DNA of 64,000 nucleotides, taken from an uncultured virus (IMG/VR IMGVR_UViG_3300023199_000154). Lineage: Duplodnaviria; Heunggongvirae; Uroviricota; Caudoviricetes. The notes below the pieces were generated by a model, which had not been told where the DNA came from, did not search any database, and worked only from the letters and a program-made list of their open reading frames with translations. The position numbers were made by a program, and so were the translations under genes. Below, piece by piece: positions 37,801 to 47,261 of the stretch. The number at the start of each line of letters is the position of its first letter. The stretch's first letter is position 1. The stretch lies in IMG/VR virus record IMGVR_UViG_3300023199_000154; one strand, given 5' to 3'.

Positions 37801-38114
37801 GACTCCTCCAGCGGCGGCATCGCCCCCGGGCCTCCCGACGGCGCCGGGTACAGCCGCGCGGTCAGGAACAGCGACACGAAAAAGGACCCCGGGAGCACCA
37901 GCGCCCACGCAGGATCCATCGCACACGCGACCGCCACCAGCAGCACGGCCGACCACCAGCTCATGCACAGATCACAGGCCCACGGCTTGGTCCCCCTCTG
38001 CACCATCTTCGGCCCAGGAGGGACCACGCGCACAAGCTGGACCAGGCCCGCCGCCGACAGCCCGAAGGCCACCACCGCGGCGAGCCAGCCCAGCGCCGTG
38101 AGAGGCGCGGTCAC
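37797..38114 (-). CDS. Multi-TM protein with CxxC (DUF1360-like)
   Basis: KPWACDLCMSWW. Confidence 0.6.
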   Translation of the reverse strand: MTAPLTALGWLAAVVAFGLSAAGLVQLVRVVPPGPKMVQRGTKPWACDLCMSWWSAVLLVAVACAMDPAWALVLPGSFFVSLFLTARLYPAPSGGPGAMPPLEES

Positions 38115-38130
38115 AGGGGAACCCGTCCCC

Positions 38131-38358
38131 TCAGAAGCCCTGAGAGCGCTGGTAGGCGTACATCGCGCCCAGGCCCAGCACCACACCGATGCCCCCGGCG
38201 ACCCAGGGATTCTTCAGGTGATCCATCATGCCCCCCTCGCCGTTCTGGCCGAGGCCCGACAGGCGCATCTCGTTCGGAGCGGCGGACTGCCGGACGAGCG
38301 GGAAGCCGGCGCGGACCGGGTTGACGTGGGGAAGAGCGTTGCGAACGACGAGCGACAT
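38131..38358 (-). CDS. Small membrane protein
   Basis: LSGLGQ plus C-terminal TM. Confidence 0.65.
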   Translation of the reverse strand: MSLVVRNALPHVNPVRAGFPLVRQSAAPNEMRLSGLGQNGEGGMMDHLKNPWVAGGIGVVLGLGAMYAYQRSQGF

Positions 38359-38409
38359 GGTTGATTCCTCCTGTGCTGGACAAGCGTACCCCGAACGAGC
38401 GGGGATCGT

Positions 38410-38757
38410 CTACCGCGCCGACTGGCGCTCCCACCACCAGGCAGCGCCGAGCATGAGCGCCCCGACCCAGAGCACCCAGCGGCCGCCGGAGCGCCCTGGA
38501 GGCGGGCTCGGGGGCTCGAATGGGCCCATCGCCCCGTCGTCCCCCCCGTCGCCCTCCTCAGGCGGCTCGGGCGGCTCAGGGCCTCCGTTCCCCCCACGGG
38601 GGGTCAGTGGGGGGGTCGTGCGCTCCCGGCCCTGAGACTGCCGCATGGGCGGGATCTGGACCTCTTCCTCCTCGTCCTCCTCGTCTTCGAGTTCGACGAT
38701 GTTACCGTCCTCGTCGACGGGCTGGGAAGTGACCCGGATGTCCTGCTCTTCGGCCAT
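38410..38757 (-). CDS. Acidic/Pro-rich membrane-anchored protein
   Basis: C-terminal TM. Confidence 0.6.
   Translation of the reverse strand: MAEEQDIRVTSQPVDEDGNIVELEDEEDEEEEVQIPPMRQSQGRERTTPPLTPRGGNGGPEPPEPPEEGDGGDDGAMGPFEPPSPPPGRSGGRWVLWVGALMLGAAWWWERQSAR
38590..38617 (-). repeat. Dispersed motif copy 9 (inside CDS)
   Basis: Reverse complement GA C7 ACTGACC CCCCGTGGGGGG. Confidence 0.85.
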
Positions 38758-38760
38758 GGT

Positions 38761-39003
38761 TCAGGGGATGACGCCGCCGGCGCAGGGGCAGTTTGTGAAG
38801 TAGCCGAGCTTGAGCAGCCCGTCCTTCTTCTGGATGCCGAGCCACTGATTGCGGCTCGGAAGCCAGTAGACGTGCATCGTGCTCGAGCTGCGGTCGGGCA
38901 TCGGTTGGGCGCCGAGCTGACTCAGGCGCCCTTGGAGCTGCTGTGGGTAGATGATCTCCCCCGTGATGAAGATCGCCTCGTTGTCCTCGACTTCGGTGGC
39001 CAT
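38761..39003 (-). CDS. Hypothetical virion-module protein
   Basis: GGAGG RBS; LSQLGA. Confidence 0.6.
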   Translation of the reverse strand: MATEVEDNEAIFITGEIIYPQQLQGRLSQLGAQPMPDRSSSTMHVYWLPSRNQWLGIQKKDGLLKLGYFTNCPCAGGVIP

Positions 39004-39013
39004 GGATTCCCTC

Positions 39014-40714
39014 CTAGGAACGGAAGGAGCGTACCAGAAGCCCCGCTGCCACGGCAGCCCCGCCCACACCGAGGATCAGGCCGAAGGGGAACCTCGTGTC
39101 GTCCCCGTTGCCATCATCGCCGTCATCTCCACCCCCAGCCTCGCTATCGCGAACCTGCTCTCGGAGCCGCTCCTCGACACGGCACTCGGTGATGACGCGA
39201 AGGAACAGCGATTCGGGGCACCTCGGGGTGCCGAAGGTGACGTTGAAGATCTCGAGGTAGAGGTTGATCCACAGACCCGCCACCGCGCCGATGACGCCGC
39301 CGATAACGTCACCGAGAAGGCCCTCGCTGATGCTCGCGCCGATGGCCGCCGTGTTGCGGAATCCGCCGCGGAGCAGCTCATCGCGAGCCTCGATGAGTGC
39401 CTCGGGATCCGTTTCGAGCTCTCCGCGCTCGGCGAAGTAGAGGAGGTGGTTCGAGATCCAGAACAGCGTCACCCGCCCCACCAGCTCGTCGAGGTCCTGC
39501 GAGGTGAACCACTCGGCCCACAGCTCGGTCGCACGAATGTAGCCACCCGAGCCTGGAACGCGCGTGTTCGCGCCCTCTCCCCAATCGGTAGGACCGGGAC
39601 CAGGCCCCTTCTCGTAGGTCGTGCCGAACCCCGCCACGTACTGCGGACGGTCGGGGTAGAGCCGGAACACCTTCTCGTAGGCCGCCACGGGGCGGCGGTG
39701 GAGCCAGTACCATGTCGCGTCACGCGCCGCGCTCAGGCTCTTCTCTGTGTCCTTCGAGCGCTCGAGGAGCAAGCGGTCCTGAATCTTCTCCGGTAACGTC
39801 ATCGACCCAGGGTGAACCGTCTTGAAGTTGTCCTTGAAGTCGAGCACCTGGTTGACGCCTTCGAATTGAAACCGGACCGCTGCGGGCTTGGGGTAGTCGG
39901 CCGAGTTGGGTTCCCCCGATAGACCGAAAGCATCCACGATCGATTTCGGAAGCCAGCGCTGCGGTCTGAAGATGGGGCACCCATCGGGAAAGTCGCCCGA
40001 ATCGAGCTGGGCGCTGTTGCACCATCCCTCGGAGCGCTGGGTGCGCATCTCCTCCTGCGTCACGAACAGGAAGCGCGGGTTGATGTTCGAGGCGACCACG
40101 CCGACCGAGATCCACCGGAACACCTGGTCGCTCCACCGATACCAGTCCCCACCTGTCTCGTTCGGCCGGAACGCCATCAGGTGCCGCACCGCCGCTTGCG
40201 CCTCGTTCCAGATGTCCTTGCGGATGAACACCTTGCGCTTCTTCGCCTCGGTGCACTCGCCGCCGTACTGCATTTGCGGGATCGTGCAGGCCCGATCGTC
40301 CACCTTCGGCCACGACTTCTTGCCGCCGGCGAAGTCGCTCTTGAGCTGGTTGATGACCGTCTCCACCGAGCGCCTCGGCGGCGGGAACATCGCGAGTCGG
40401 CGCTCGAACTCCCGACGGCGCTCCGCGGCCTCGCGCGTCGAAGCGATGACCTCCGGACTCCGGTAGACCGCGCACCCGATCTTCCCACCCGTCGTCAGGC
40501 ACCTGTCACTCGTGCGCTGGCAGAAGTCGACGCACCCCACCAGCGTTGAACTGTCCATCGTCCGAATGTCCGCGTCACACTCGCTCGGAAGCGGCTGCTT
40601 CAGACACGCGGTGGGGGAGTCTCCGCCAGCCGTGGTGGGATCGAGAGTCGGCGACAGCGACGGCATGAGCTGCCCGAACGCATCGCCCCAACTGCCCTTG
40701 ACACCGATCGTCAC
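39014..40714 (-). CDS. Large membrane-anchored virion-module protein
   Basis: Cys-rich N-terminus; C-terminal FPF followed by TM. Confidence 0.7.
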   Translation of the reverse strand: MTIGVKGSWGDAFGQLMPSLSPTLDPTTAGGDSPTACLKQPLPSECDADIRTMDSSTLVGCVDFCQRTSDRCLTTGGKIGCAVYRSPEVIASTREAAERRREFERRLAMFPPPRRSVETVINQLKSDFAGGKKSWPKVDDRACTIPQMQYGGECTEAKKRKVFIRKDIWNEAQAAVRHLMAFRPNETGGDWYRWSDQVFRWISVGVVASNINPRFLFVTQEEMRTQRSEGWCNSAQLDSGDFPDGCPIFRPQRWLPKSIVDAFGLSGEPNSADYPKPAAVRFQFEGVNQVLDFKDNFKTVHPGSMTLPEKIQDRLLLERSKDTEKSLSAARDATWYWLHRRPVAAYEKVFRLYPDRPQYVAGFGTTYEKGPGPGPTDWGEGANTRVPGSGGYIRATELWAEWFTSQDLDELVGRVTLFWISNHLLYFAERGELETDPEALIEARDELLRGGFRNTAAIGASISEGLLGDVIGGVIGAVAGLWINLYLEIFNVTFGTPRCPESLFLRVITECRVEERLREQVRDSEAGGGDDGDDGNGDDTRFPFGLILGVGGAAVAAGLLVRSFRS

Positions 40715-40715
40715 C

Positions 40716-40988
40716 TCAGCCCCCGCGCATGCTGCGAACGAGGAGACCGATCGCCACCGCCCCCGCACCCGCCGTCGCCACGAGCGGCAGCGTCTTCAGG
40801 TTGCCATCGGCATCCCGGAAAAACCCGCCGTCCTTCTTGACCTCCACCACGTCGCTCGAGCGGCGCACGAGGCCCCCCGAGGGCTTGATCTGTCCGAGCA
40901 CGGATACGTCGTAGACGGTCGCGTCCTGAATCTCCGGAAGGGGATCCGAGAACTCGTAGTCGATGGGCAACTGCCCGCAACAGGCCAT
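40716..40988 (-). CDS. Small membrane protein
   Basis: C-terminal TM ending GLLVRS, like the neighbouring gene. Confidence 0.6.
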   Translation of the reverse strand: MACCGQLPIDYEFSDPLPEIQDATVYDVSVLGQIKPSGGLVRRSSDVVEVKKDGGFFRDADGNLKTLPLVATAGAGAVAIGLLVRSMRGG

Positions 40989-40997
40989 GGGGTTCTC

Positions 40998-41504
40998 CTA
41001 CTTGAATGCGATGAGCGCCGCGACGCCGAGAGCCGCAACTCCGCCACCTGCGAGCAGCAGCGTGTTACGCCGCTCCTTCGCCCTCTGACGCTCGAGCTCA
41101 CGCTGTGCGCGAAGCCGCGCTGCCTCGACCTCCGCGGGGCTCGGCCCGCTCGGAACCGACGTGGAAGAAGAGGGCTCGCTGTCGGAGCACCCCACCGCCT
41201 TGAGAATCGCCGCCGCAGTCCCCCCGAGCGCCGCCACGCGCTCACAGGTTCGACGGTCGGTCTTGTCGTCGATCATCGAGCACGCACTCGCACCCGTGAC
41301 CGCGACGAGGGGAGCCACGACCTCCATCACGTCGCAGAAGCCTCCGAGGTCGCTGAAGCCGTCCAGGATGGCCACGTCGTCAGCTTCGCCGAGGTCGCCG
41401 AGCGAACCGGCCCACGCGGGTGGAGCGTACAGTAGGTCTTGCAGAACGAGCTCGTCGTCCCAGTAGGGCAGGTTCATCGCGACGATGTAGTCGTCGCGCT
41501 TCAT
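40998..41504 (-). CDS. Membrane-anchored protein
   Basis: LGDLGE, coiled coil, C-terminal TM. Confidence 0.65.
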   Translation of the reverse strand: MKRDDYIVAMNLPYWDDELVLQDLLYAPPAWAGSLGDLGEADDVAILDGFSDLGGFCDVMEVVAPLVAVTGASACSMIDDKTDRRTCERVAALGGTAAAILKAVGCSDSEPSSSTSVPSGPSPAEVEAARLRAQRELERQRAKERRNTLLLAGGGVAALGVAALIAFK

Positions 41505-42004
41505 GCGGCACGCCTCTGGTAGAGAAGCCACAGCCCGAGCGCCCCGAGCCCGAGGCCCACGCCGACCAGTACTCCCGTCGATGGGCCGCTGTCGGTCGGC
41601 ACGATGTCGTCGCTCGGAGGCACGCCGCCGCCTCCACCACCACCGCCCGAGCCGCTGTCGCGACGAGCGTCGATCTTCTGCTGCAGGCTCGCGATGGCCT
41701 TGTCGATGACCGCGCTCGCCTTGGCCCGGATCGTATCGATCTCGCTGACGGTCGAAGCCGTCCGGAGCTGACCGACCGCCACGTCCACAGCACGCTGCGT
41801 GCTCGCGAGAACGGACTCCACCTCCGAAGACCGAACCCCCGCGTCTTCCGCCTCGGAGGCCACACCGAACAGCTCTCCGAGCTCGGCGCTGATCTTCTGC
41901 ACCGCATCGGTCCGCCGGCCCTCGACGCTGGTGGCCCCCGAAAGAGCACGATCGAAGGCAGCGCCCCAGGCGCCGAAGTCCACACTGTCGAGTACCGTTG
42001 CCAT
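41501..42004 (-). CDS. Helical membrane-anchored protein
   Basis: Gly linker followed by C-terminal TM. Confidence 0.65.
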   Translation of the reverse strand: MATVLDSVDFGAWGAAFDRALSGATSVEGRRTDAVQKISAELGELFGVASEAEDAGVRSSEVESVLASTQRAVDVAVGQLRTASTVSEIDTIRAKASAVIDKAIASLQQKIDARRDSGSGGGGGGGGVPPSDDIVPTDSGPSTGVLVGVGLGLGALGLWLLYQRRAA

Positions 42005-42024
42005 GAATCCTCCTACGCTACCAC

Positions 42025-43035
42025 CTACCCCGTGGGCTGGGGAAGGAGGCGCTGGCGCACCCCCTCGGCCGAACTGCTGAACAGGAACCACCCGACCCCT
42101 GCGACCGCGCCGATGCCGATGGCCCAGGCCCAGGGAAACCCATCGCCCGTCTCCGGACGCTTGCCTCGAAAACGGATGGCGGGGTCGAAGATCTGGCGAA
42201 TCTGATCGGGCGTCAGCCCTCGCTGAATCCCCTCGTTGATCCCCCGGATGACCTCGAGCTCGCCCTGCGCTTCGGTCTGTCGAGCCTTGGCCTCCTCGAC
42301 CGCCGGCTGATTCCAGGCGTAGATGCCCGCTGCCACCGTACCGGCCACCAGCACAACGCCAACGCCTACCGCGATCACCACCCCGAGCGGATGGCCGAAC
42401 GAACCGAGCGTCTCGCCCTCCACCGCCTCGAGTGAGGGCCTGGGGATGGGCTCCATGAGCGTCTCGGTCACCTGATCGAGAGATAGGTCGATCCGAGCCG
42501 CCTCAGCGCTTACCGCATTGCGCCACTGCTCGTTGGCGACCATGTACTCGACGATCATCGCGCCCCAGGCATCGATCTCGTCGGCCCACGCGGTGTAGTG
42601 ACGCTTCGCCTCCCCGGTGAGCGCCCCCTGCGTCGCGTAGATGTGCATCGCGTTCGCCATCGGCACCGCCAGGTTACGCTGCTGCACGTAGGACAGGACG
42701 TTCGCGCCCCATGTCCCGGGCTGTGCCCTCGGCATCCCCGTGAGGAGGGTCCGGGCGAGAGCCGCCAGACGCTGGATCTCCATCAGCACGCTCGCCGGGG
42801 ACACCGACACGAACCGGTTGTCCTCCGAGGGGCTGATGTCGGCGTCCGCACGAATCGCGAACATCAGCGTCTGCAGGCCGAAGACCGTCTGCGCATCCCA
42901 CCGACCCGTAGGCGACACCGGGATCAGAAGCGCCGTCATCTCCTCCTGAAGCTGACGCACGCTGATCGTGGCGACGGTGGACTGCTCGAGGTCCTCGAGG
43001 TGGGCTCGGTGATTCTGCCGGCGACGGTGGCTCAT
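42025..43035 (-). CDS. Membrane protein with a possible peptidoglycan-binding-like N-terminus
   Basis: VRQLQ..TGRWDAQT pattern; two TMs; LGSFG. Confidence 0.6.
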   Translation of the reverse strand: MSHRRRQNHRAHLEDLEQSTVATISVRQLQEEMTALLIPVSPTGRWDAQTVFGLQTLMFAIRADADISPSEDNRFVSVSPASVLMEIQRLAALARTLLTGMPRAQPGTWGANVLSYVQQRNLAVPMANAMHIYATQGALTGEAKRHYTAWADEIDAWGAMIVEYMVANEQWRNAVSAEAARIDLSLDQVTETLMEPIPRPSLEAVEGETLGSFGHPLGVVIAVGVGVVLVAGTVAAGIYAWNQPAVEEAKARQTEAQGELEVIRGINEGIQRGLTPDQIRQIFDPAIRFRGKRPETGDGFPWAWAIGIGAVAGVGWFLFSSSAEGVRQRLLPQPTG

Positions 43036-43412
43036 GGCGTGACCTCGGTGACCTGTACGAAGAACGTGCCGTTTGTGGTAGCACGGATGTAGAGCTCCTC
43101 GGCGGAAAGGAGGACCTGCTGCAGAGGACCGATCTGCAAATCGATCGTCTCGTGGTTGTCCTCGCTCACCTGCTGCTGGCCGCCCACCATCACCACGGGT
43201 GCCGCGTGCGCAGGATGCTGACGAACCTGAACGAAAAGAACCGGCGCGAGCCGGTTCTGAGCTACACGGATGGGGGCGCCACCACCGAGCCGGACGGTGC
43301 GCGTGCGGCCAGCGACGTTGGCCCGGAGGGGACCGGCCAGCGACGCAATCGCAAGCCTGATCTCCTGAAGGGTCAGCTTCTCGTGCGGCCGCTCCCCGTC
43401 ATCCCAAAGCAT
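43032..43412 (-). CDS. Beta-rich putative minor capsid/penton protein
   Basis: Alternating beta-strand pattern; downstream of the capsid-like genes. Confidence 0.45.
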   Translation of the reverse strand: MLWDDGERPHEKLTLQEIRLAIASLAGPLRANVAGRTRTVRLGGGAPIRVAQNRLAPVLFVQVRQHPAHAAPVVMVGGQQQVSEDNHETIDLQIGPLQQVLLSAEELYIRATTNGTFFVQVTEVTP

Positions 43413-43418
43413 GGAGGA

Positions 43419-43958
43419 TCACCCCATGCCTGGAAGGACGATGGATCCGTTGCCGAGCTTCTTGACACGCACCATGTCGCCGGTGATCGAGACGCCGACG
43501 CGGATGTTGCTGATGGCGGGCAGATCCGCGAGCGTGATCGACCAGTCGACCTGCAGATCCGCACCCGGGATGAACACGTAGAACGAGTCCCAGGCCATGT
43601 CGTGAGCCGGACCGGCGTCGGAGACGAGCGCCGACAGGGGGATGTCGTCGTCGAAGATCGCTCGCCGCGCCCGACCCTGGTCGGAGACGTTGAACGTGAA
43701 GTGATGCACGTACTCGCCGTTGACCTCGGGGCGGCTGACGTACCCCTTGATGCGCCGCATGGCGAAGAGGTAGTTGGGGTCGATGCGCTGCGACTCGGTG
43801 AGGAACGTCTGCAGCTGGTTGACAGCGTGCAGCTCGAACCGGAACTGCTCGAACCGGACGAGCTCCGGCGGCAGCTTGGTGGTGTCCCGGAGGTAATCCA
43901 GGATCGGGCCGATGTCGCTGCGGGGCTCCTGCCCCAGGTGTCCTGTTCCGTCCGGCAT
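43419..43958 (-). CDS. Putative single jelly-roll capsid protein (second or small MCP)
   Basis: Beta-rich 179 aa with a strong GGAGG RBS, adjacent to the MCP candidate. Confidence 0.5.
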   Translation of the reverse strand: MPDGTGHLGQEPRSDIGPILDYLRDTTKLPPELVRFEQFRFELHAVNQLQTFLTESQRIDPNYLFAMRRIKGYVSRPEVNGEYVHHFTFNVSDQGRARRAIFDDDIPLSALVSDAGPAHDMAWDSFYVFIPGADLQVDWSITLADLPAISNIRVGVSITGDMVRVKKLGNGSIVLPGMG

Positions 43959-43995
43959 GTCGCACCACCTCCTGCTCGAATGGTTGAGTGAGGGT

Positions 43996-44031
43996 CCCGG
44001 CCCCTCGGCAGCAGGTTACCGAGGAGCCGGG
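43996..44031 (-). terminator. Hairpin directly downstream of the MCP candidate
   Basis: 13-bp stem (one G-U pair on the minus strand), 10-nt loop. Confidence 0.55.
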
Positions 44032-44044
44032 CGGGGCGAAAGCC

Positions 44045-44686
44045 CTACTTGCTGACCGCCATCTTGATGAGGCCGTGCAGCCACGCAGTGATGAACACCG
44101 GCGTGGTCAGCGTCGGCATGCGGTCTTCCGGCGCCAGGTCACCCCCCGTCCAGTTGCGGTCGAAGAAGGTGAGCAGGGCCTGGATCTCGTGCTCGGAGGT
44201 GATGAGCTGCGTCTTGAGCAGCTTCGCGGCGGCCGCCGTGCTCGGGACGCCGATGGAGACGATGCCCTGACCGTTCTCCACGGTGTTTCCCGCCAGGCCG
44301 TAGCCCGAGGGGAACTTGATGACCGGCCCCTCGATGAGGAGGAGCTGGTTCACCGTGAAGGTGATGAAGGCATCCTCAGCCACCCGCTTGAGATCCGCCG
44401 GAGGCGGAAGCAGGTTGCCCGTCGCGCTGCGGAGCGTGACGCCGACGCGATCGATGATCATCTCCTCGCCCGCGCTCAGGCGCGACTGCTGGGTAAGGTT
44501 GGTGTCGATGCGCCGCTTGTTCGCCACGTCCCGGTAGAACGTGAGCTGGGTGCCGGCCGCGACCGCCTTCGCGGGGAGGATCTCGGTGTCGTACTTGTCG
44601 TCCTCCCGGTAGTCCGAGATGTCGAGCACCTTGCCGGTGCCGGTCTCGAGGAACTTGCCGGGGCGACCCTTGATGGGCTTGAGCAT
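44045..44686 (-). CDS. Putative single jelly-roll major capsid protein
   Basis: 213 aa, beta-rich; YDT..LTFY..DTNL..L pattern; strongly biased codons; followed by a hairpin. Confidence 0.6.
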   Translation of the reverse strand: MLKPIKGRPGKFLETGTGKVLDISDYREDDKYDTEILPAKAVAAGTQLTFYRDVANKRRIDTNLTQQSRLSAGEEMIIDRVGVTLRSATGNLLPPPADLKRVAEDAFITFTVNQLLLIEGPVIKFPSGYGLAGNTVENGQGIVSIGVPSTAAAAKLLKTQLITSEHEIQALLTFFDRNWTGGDLAPEDRMPTLTTPVFITAWLHGLIKMAVSK

Positions 44687-44759
44687 GCTGTCTTCTCCTG
44701 TGGTTTCGCCTTCGTGCTTACCGTTTGTGCCCGGCCCCAGTGCCGGGAGAACTCGCTCT

Positions 44760-45275
44760 CTACGGGATGTAGAGGATGGTCAGGTCCGTGAACACGTCGG
44801 TGGCCTGACCGCCGTAGTTGTGCAGCGTGATCTGGATGTCGCCACCCGAAAACAGCACCCCCCAGCTCACCAGGGGCGTCTCTCCCGCACCACCTTGCGC
44901 GGCATCGGAAAGGAACTGGAAGGAGACCACGACCTTGCGAATGTCGTCGAGAATCCAGTTTCCGCGACCCGGACCGAAGTTGGCCGGCAGCCCGTGCTGG
45001 TTCGCGGCCGCCTCGTCCGACACCAACTGCCCCGTATCGGCTGCAGCCGGATTCGGAGTGCCGATCCGCGCCGCCAACAGAGCCGCGTTGTTGCTTCGGA
45101 TGTAGAGCTCGTTGAGCTGACTTCGGCGCTCGACCTCCGTGGCCTGCCAGAAGATGTCGTCTGCCGCGACACCACTCACCGGCCCGTTCGGCTGTGAGGC
45201 GTACACCCCACCAGGAGCACGAATCGAGTCCGCGTCGATGAGAGCCGCTGCTGGTCCTAGTCCGCCGAATGCCAT
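44760..45275 (-). CDS. Virion protein, paralog family member 1
   Basis: YASQPNGPV, FWQATEVE and HGLPANFGPGRG shared with 45348 and 49777. Confidence 0.7.
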   Translation of the reverse strand: MAFGGLGPAAALIDADSIRAPGGVYASQPNGPVSGVAADDIFWQATEVERRSQLNELYIRSNNAALLAARIGTPNPAAADTGQLVSDEAAANQHGLPANFGPGRGNWILDDIRKVVVSFQFLSDAAQGGAGETPLVSWGVLFSGGDIQITLHNYGGQATDVFTDLTILYIP

Positions 45276-45300
45276 GAATGCACCCCTTCTACCGCCTCAA

Positions 45301-45324
45301 GCCCCTCCGGTTTCCCGGAGGGGC
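45301..45324. terminator. Intergenic hairpin
   Basis: GCCCCTCCGG-TTTC-CCGGAGGGGC. Confidence 0.5.
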
Positions 45325-45347
45325 CGATTCGGGACGCCCCTTGGCCG

Positions 45348-45869
45348 TCAGGCCTGGACGTACTGAACGAGGATGCTGGCGTTCGGACCTACCACCGCAT
45401 CGCCGTTGTTGTGGATGAAGACCTCCACGTCATTGCCCACCAGGCGAGCCTGCCAGGTGACCGCGTAGAGGGTGGTGGCTGCTCCCACCGCGACGTTGGC
45501 CGGATCGGGTACCTGCACGTTCAGCCGAGCGACGTCGGCCTCCGTCCAGTGCCCACGCCCGGGACCGAAGTTGGCCGGCAGCCCGTGCTGGTTCGCGGCC
45601 GCCTCGTCCGTGACGAGCGCTCCGGTATCCGCCGCGGTGATGTCGAAGGCCGCACCCGCTCGCACCGCGAGCAGATCCGTCCCAACCCCATCGCCGGTGA
45701 TGATGATCCCCATGAGCTGGCCGCGACCCTCCACCTCGGTCGCCTGCCAGAAGGGACCCGCGGCCGCAGCCGCCCCGTTCACCTGGTCGGCGTACTGCCC
45801 AGCCGGGTGCGTGATGGAAGCCGCCTGAACGAGTCCTGCGGCTGCGCCGATGCATGTTCCGAATGCCAT
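45348..45869 (-). CDS. Virion protein, paralog family member 2
   Basis: FWQATEVE; DEAAANQHGLPANFGPGRG. Confidence 0.7.
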   Translation of the reverse strand: MAFGTCIGAAAGLVQAASITHPAGQYADQVNGAAAAAGPFWQATEVEGRGQLMGIIITGDGVGTDLLAVRAGAAFDITAADTGALVTDEAAANQHGLPANFGPGRGHWTEADVARLNVQVPDPANVAVGAATTLYAVTWQARLVGNDVEVFIHNNGDAVVGPNASILVQYVQA

Positions 45870-45925
45870 GACTGACCTTCCTTTCCTTCTCTTGCCTTCG
45901 TGCTTCGAGTTTCAGGGAAAGGCGA

Positions 45926-46693
45926 TCAGCCGCCGATCCAGCTCCCCAGGGAGTCCGCGGTCACCTCGTCCTCGCCGAGACCGTTGACCGCGAATGGATC
46001 GTCGCCCTCGACGATCGGCTGCGCGAGCTGACGGGGCGGCATCCCACGCACGTCGCCTCGCGTCGGCGAGAAGAACTCGTACATGGGAGTCCGCGTCACC
46101 TCGGCGGCTCCGAGGGAATGCGGAATCTCCGCGACGTCGCCGATGAGCCTGCTCACGCCCATCCCGCCGAGGCCCGCGAGGGCACCGATGGCGGCCGCGC
46201 GATCGGGGCTGGTGTTCCAGAGCAACCGCCCCAGCACCAGGCCCGCAAGCACCGCCGTGCCCGCCTTCGCCTTCGGCTTGTCGGCGAACCAGTCGATCCG
46301 CTCGAGCACGTTCGCGCCGAGCAGCTGCGAGCCGGCGCTCGCGAGCAGCGAGACGCCCGCGGTGCGGAGCATCTCGGGATCGACCATCTGCCCGAGCCCG
46401 AAGAAGTCCGGGCCGAAGTCCTCGCCCAGGTCCTCGAGCGGCGGGAAGTCCATGTCCTTCTTCCGTGCCATCTTGCCTCTCCTTGCGCCGCCTGGGCGCG
46501 AAAACATCCCTTGGGTCTTTCGCGACCCGACGCTCACCCGCAGCTTTCTCTCGCGACACAGACCCTCATACGGCTTGCGGGCCGAACCGGGGGGTCCGTA
46601 GGAGGAGCACTGGCACACCCCGTCCCCGCGGTCCCGGACTGCAATGCATTCCCTGGAACCGCGGAGACCGTCGAGTGTTTGGATCTGGGCCAT
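45926..46693 (-). CDS. Membrane-associated virion protein upstream of the capsid cluster
   Basis: Three Gly/Ala-rich hydrophobic segments; several LG motifs; start uncertain (alternative MARKKD). Confidence 0.65.
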   Translation of the reverse strand: MAQIQTLDGLRGSRECIAVRDRGDGVCQCSSYGPPGSARKPYEGLCRERKLRVSVGSRKTQGMFSRPGGARRGKMARKKDMDFPPLEDLGEDFGPDFFGLGQMVDPEMLRTAGVSLLASAGSQLLGANVLERIDWFADKPKAKAGTAVLAGLVLGRLLWNTSPDRAAAIGALAGLGGMGVSRLIGDVAEIPHSLGAAEVTRTPMYEFFSPTRGDVRGMPPRQLAQPIVEGDDPFAVNGLGEDEVTADSLGSWIGG

Positions 46694-46780
46694 CGAGTGC
46701 TCTCTACCTCAACCAGGGCTCTCCCTGCGTCACGCCTGTTGCCCGCGGCGTCCCGGGTCCTGCGTCTCGAGCTCGCTCGC

Positions 46781-47191
46781 TCAGGCCGCCTTGGCCCGGA
46801 TGCACCGGCCGTTCTTGCCGAACTTCCAGCCCTTCTTGAGCTTGCCCTTCTTCGTGCCGCTCTTGACGACGCAGGGCTTGCTCGAGACCTTCATCGCACG
46901 CTTGGCCGACTTCACGCCGCGCTTGGCCTTGTAGGACCTCGAGCGGCTCTCGGGCGCGTTGCCGCGACCGTTGAACTCCGCGCAGCGCGAAACGCGCTTG
47001 CCCTTCTGCGGACCGCTCTTGATGGTCACCTTCTTGTAGGACCGGCAGGTCATGTCCTGACCCGCGACCCCAGCCAGCCCACCGCGCCGACGACGACGCT
47101 TGGTGCTCCGGCGCTTGCTCGAGCGAGCCCCGCTCAGCCCACCGCGGCACTTGGTGAAGTGACCCTTCTTGTTTCTGCATCGACGCGCCAT
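46781..47191 (-). CDS. Highly basic protamine-like core protein
   Basis: Very K/R-rich; GGLSGA; KKGKLKKGWKF. Confidence 0.7.
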   Translation of the reverse strand: MARRCRNKKGHFTKCRGGLSGARSSKRRSTKRRRRRGGLAGVAGQDMTCRSYKKVTIKSGPQKGKRVSRCAEFNGRGNAPESRSRSYKAKRGVKSAKRAMKVSSKPCVVKSGTKKGKLKKGWKFGKNGRCIRAKAA

Positions 47192-47261
47192 GATCAGATC
47201 CTCCGTCTCATTTGTTGTACCTGTGGCAGAGAGCCAGTGTCAACGGAACCCACCGAACCCG